From: Anthoceros angustus
Taxonomy: Eukaryota > Plantae > Anthocerotophyta
Direction of reading: 5' to 3'
DNA: 64,000 nucleotides
NCBI GenBank assembly: GCA_010909165.1
Contig: MU008167.1
Span: 310,001-374,000, forward strand
Below the pieces are notes generated by a model that did no database searches, was not told the DNA's origin, and saw only the letters and a program-made list of their open reading frames with translations. Positions 62,767 to 64,000 of this stretch are shown one piece after another. The first letter of the stretch is position 1, and each line of letters starts with the position of its first letter. The position numbers were made by a program, and so were the translations under genes.

Positions 62767-64000
62767 ATGGCGGAACGTCGGGGTATGTGGGAGGAAGGGG
62801 ATGCTCTGTTTGCTGGGCGTCTCCTGTCTTTGCCATTTTGTGATGTGTCGCTGTGCTTTGTGTTCGAGTTGCTGAAACCCTGTTGTGGTGGATCGACGGT
62901 GATGGAGCAGAGACGACAGTGGTTGTGGTGGAGTTGGAGTCAGGGGAGTTCTTTGTCATTGCGAGCCTCGCCGGGCAGCGCGAGACACAGGTTATCGGGG
63001 TTGATCCGACGACAGGCGCACTCTGCTATTCTGGTCGGCCAGGAGTGGACGTGTTTCCGACAGAGGCGGAGGCTCTGCAGTACGTAACAGGCAACTCGCG
63101 TTGGATTCCCAAGAGCACTTGGTATGGGAAAGCAATTCTTGGCTATGCTGTGCTCGGAAGCGTGGGCCTCCTGCTCATTGCTATCAGGCTACGGACATCC
63201 ATTCCTTTTCTTCCGGGGGGTGATTCTGTTCAAACGGTTGTTGAAAGCAAGTGGGTGAAAATTCCTCTCAGAAACCCGCAGCCTTTGTTGAAAGGGGAGG
63301 TGAAGAATGCATCCGATTTCGCCGGCATCGACATTGACAACGTCCACTTCTTCTGTGAGACAAGGGACATCACTCGGCCGTTCCCTAGTCCCAGATCGGT
63401 TCAGTCTCCAGACGAGGAATTTGCCTGGAACTCGTGGTTATCATCCCCTTTTAAGGCGATTGGTCTGCCCCGGCACTGTGTGGTTCTTTTGCAGGTACAT
63501 ATATACTCCGAGTGGTTGCCTATTAGAACAGCTCAACAGACGGCAGCTGAATCTTTGGAAAGCAAGGTATCGTCTGATTTGAAGGTTTTTGGTGCAGGGG
63601 CTTGCAGATAGTCGCACATTCACAACTCATGATGGTGAGCAGCTAACCGTAGCTCTTACAGCAAGGCGAAGCCGTTTACATCCTGGGACGAGATACCTGG
63701 CTCGTGGCCTGAATGGAGCTTTCAGCACAGGTTTGATTGCCTAAATATCTGACCTTTCTTACTGATCACTCTGAAACATTCCCATGACTGAAGCTGTGGG
63801 TTCCTCCTTCTCTGGCTTGGTCTTGGTTTGCAGGAAATGAAGTTGAGTGTGAGCAGCTGGTTTGGCCTCATGTTGCCCCAGGACTGCCAGTTCCTTTTGC
63901 TATGTACCTCTGGCGGCGAGGAACAGTTCCTTTGTGGTGGGGGGCTGAGATCAAGTCCAACATTGCGGAAGCAGAAATTTTTGTTTGTGAGAAGAGGACC
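62767..64000 (+). CDS. SAC9: SAC9-type phosphoinositide phosphatase, 5' part (runs off the window)
   Basis: Exons approx. 62767-62782, 62911-63494, 63598-63730, 63834 to end. TVVVVELESGE..IASL, VDPTTGAL, AILGYAVLGS, CETRDITRPFPS, EFAWNSWLS, ARRSRLHPGTRYLARGL, GNEVECEQLVW, WRRGTVPLWWGAE match plant SAC9. The first micro-exon is inferred. Confidence 0.93.

Overview
Eukaryotic land-plant DNA with short GT-AG introns. It is most likely a hornwort (Anthoceros-like), inferred from the 'PGxSWWTD' PG box of its PLS-class PPR genes. 4-12 kb holds SSRP1 (+) and biotin synthase BIO2 (-). 12.4-16.7 kb is an AT-rich island with a degraded PPR fragment, an intronless thymidine-kinase pseudogene and an unknown ORF remnant. 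16.75-37.56 kb is a real, diverged segmental duplication of PPR - clathrin light chain - Y14, with reciprocal losses: PPR dead in copy 1, CLC dead in copy 2, Y14 intact in both. 37.6-62.2 kb is a nested TE pile: two CRE-like non-LTR elements (restriction-like endonuclease type), a CACTA with perfect TIRs and TSD inserted next to another En/Spm-like ORF, satellites, and a Ty3/gypsy pol. The window ends in the 5' part of SAC9. The most notable observation is a decayed DNMT3-like cytosine-5 methyltransferase domain (motifs I, II, IV, VI, VIII, IX; 56.3-57.2 kb) directly upstream of an LTR-like segment and the gypsy pol, suggesting a methyltransferase-carrying LTR retrotransposon in a land plant. 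Caution: several adjacent near-identical duplications and 1-2 nt frameshifts look like long-read assembly artefacts. All calls come from manual reading and translation; no database searches were run.
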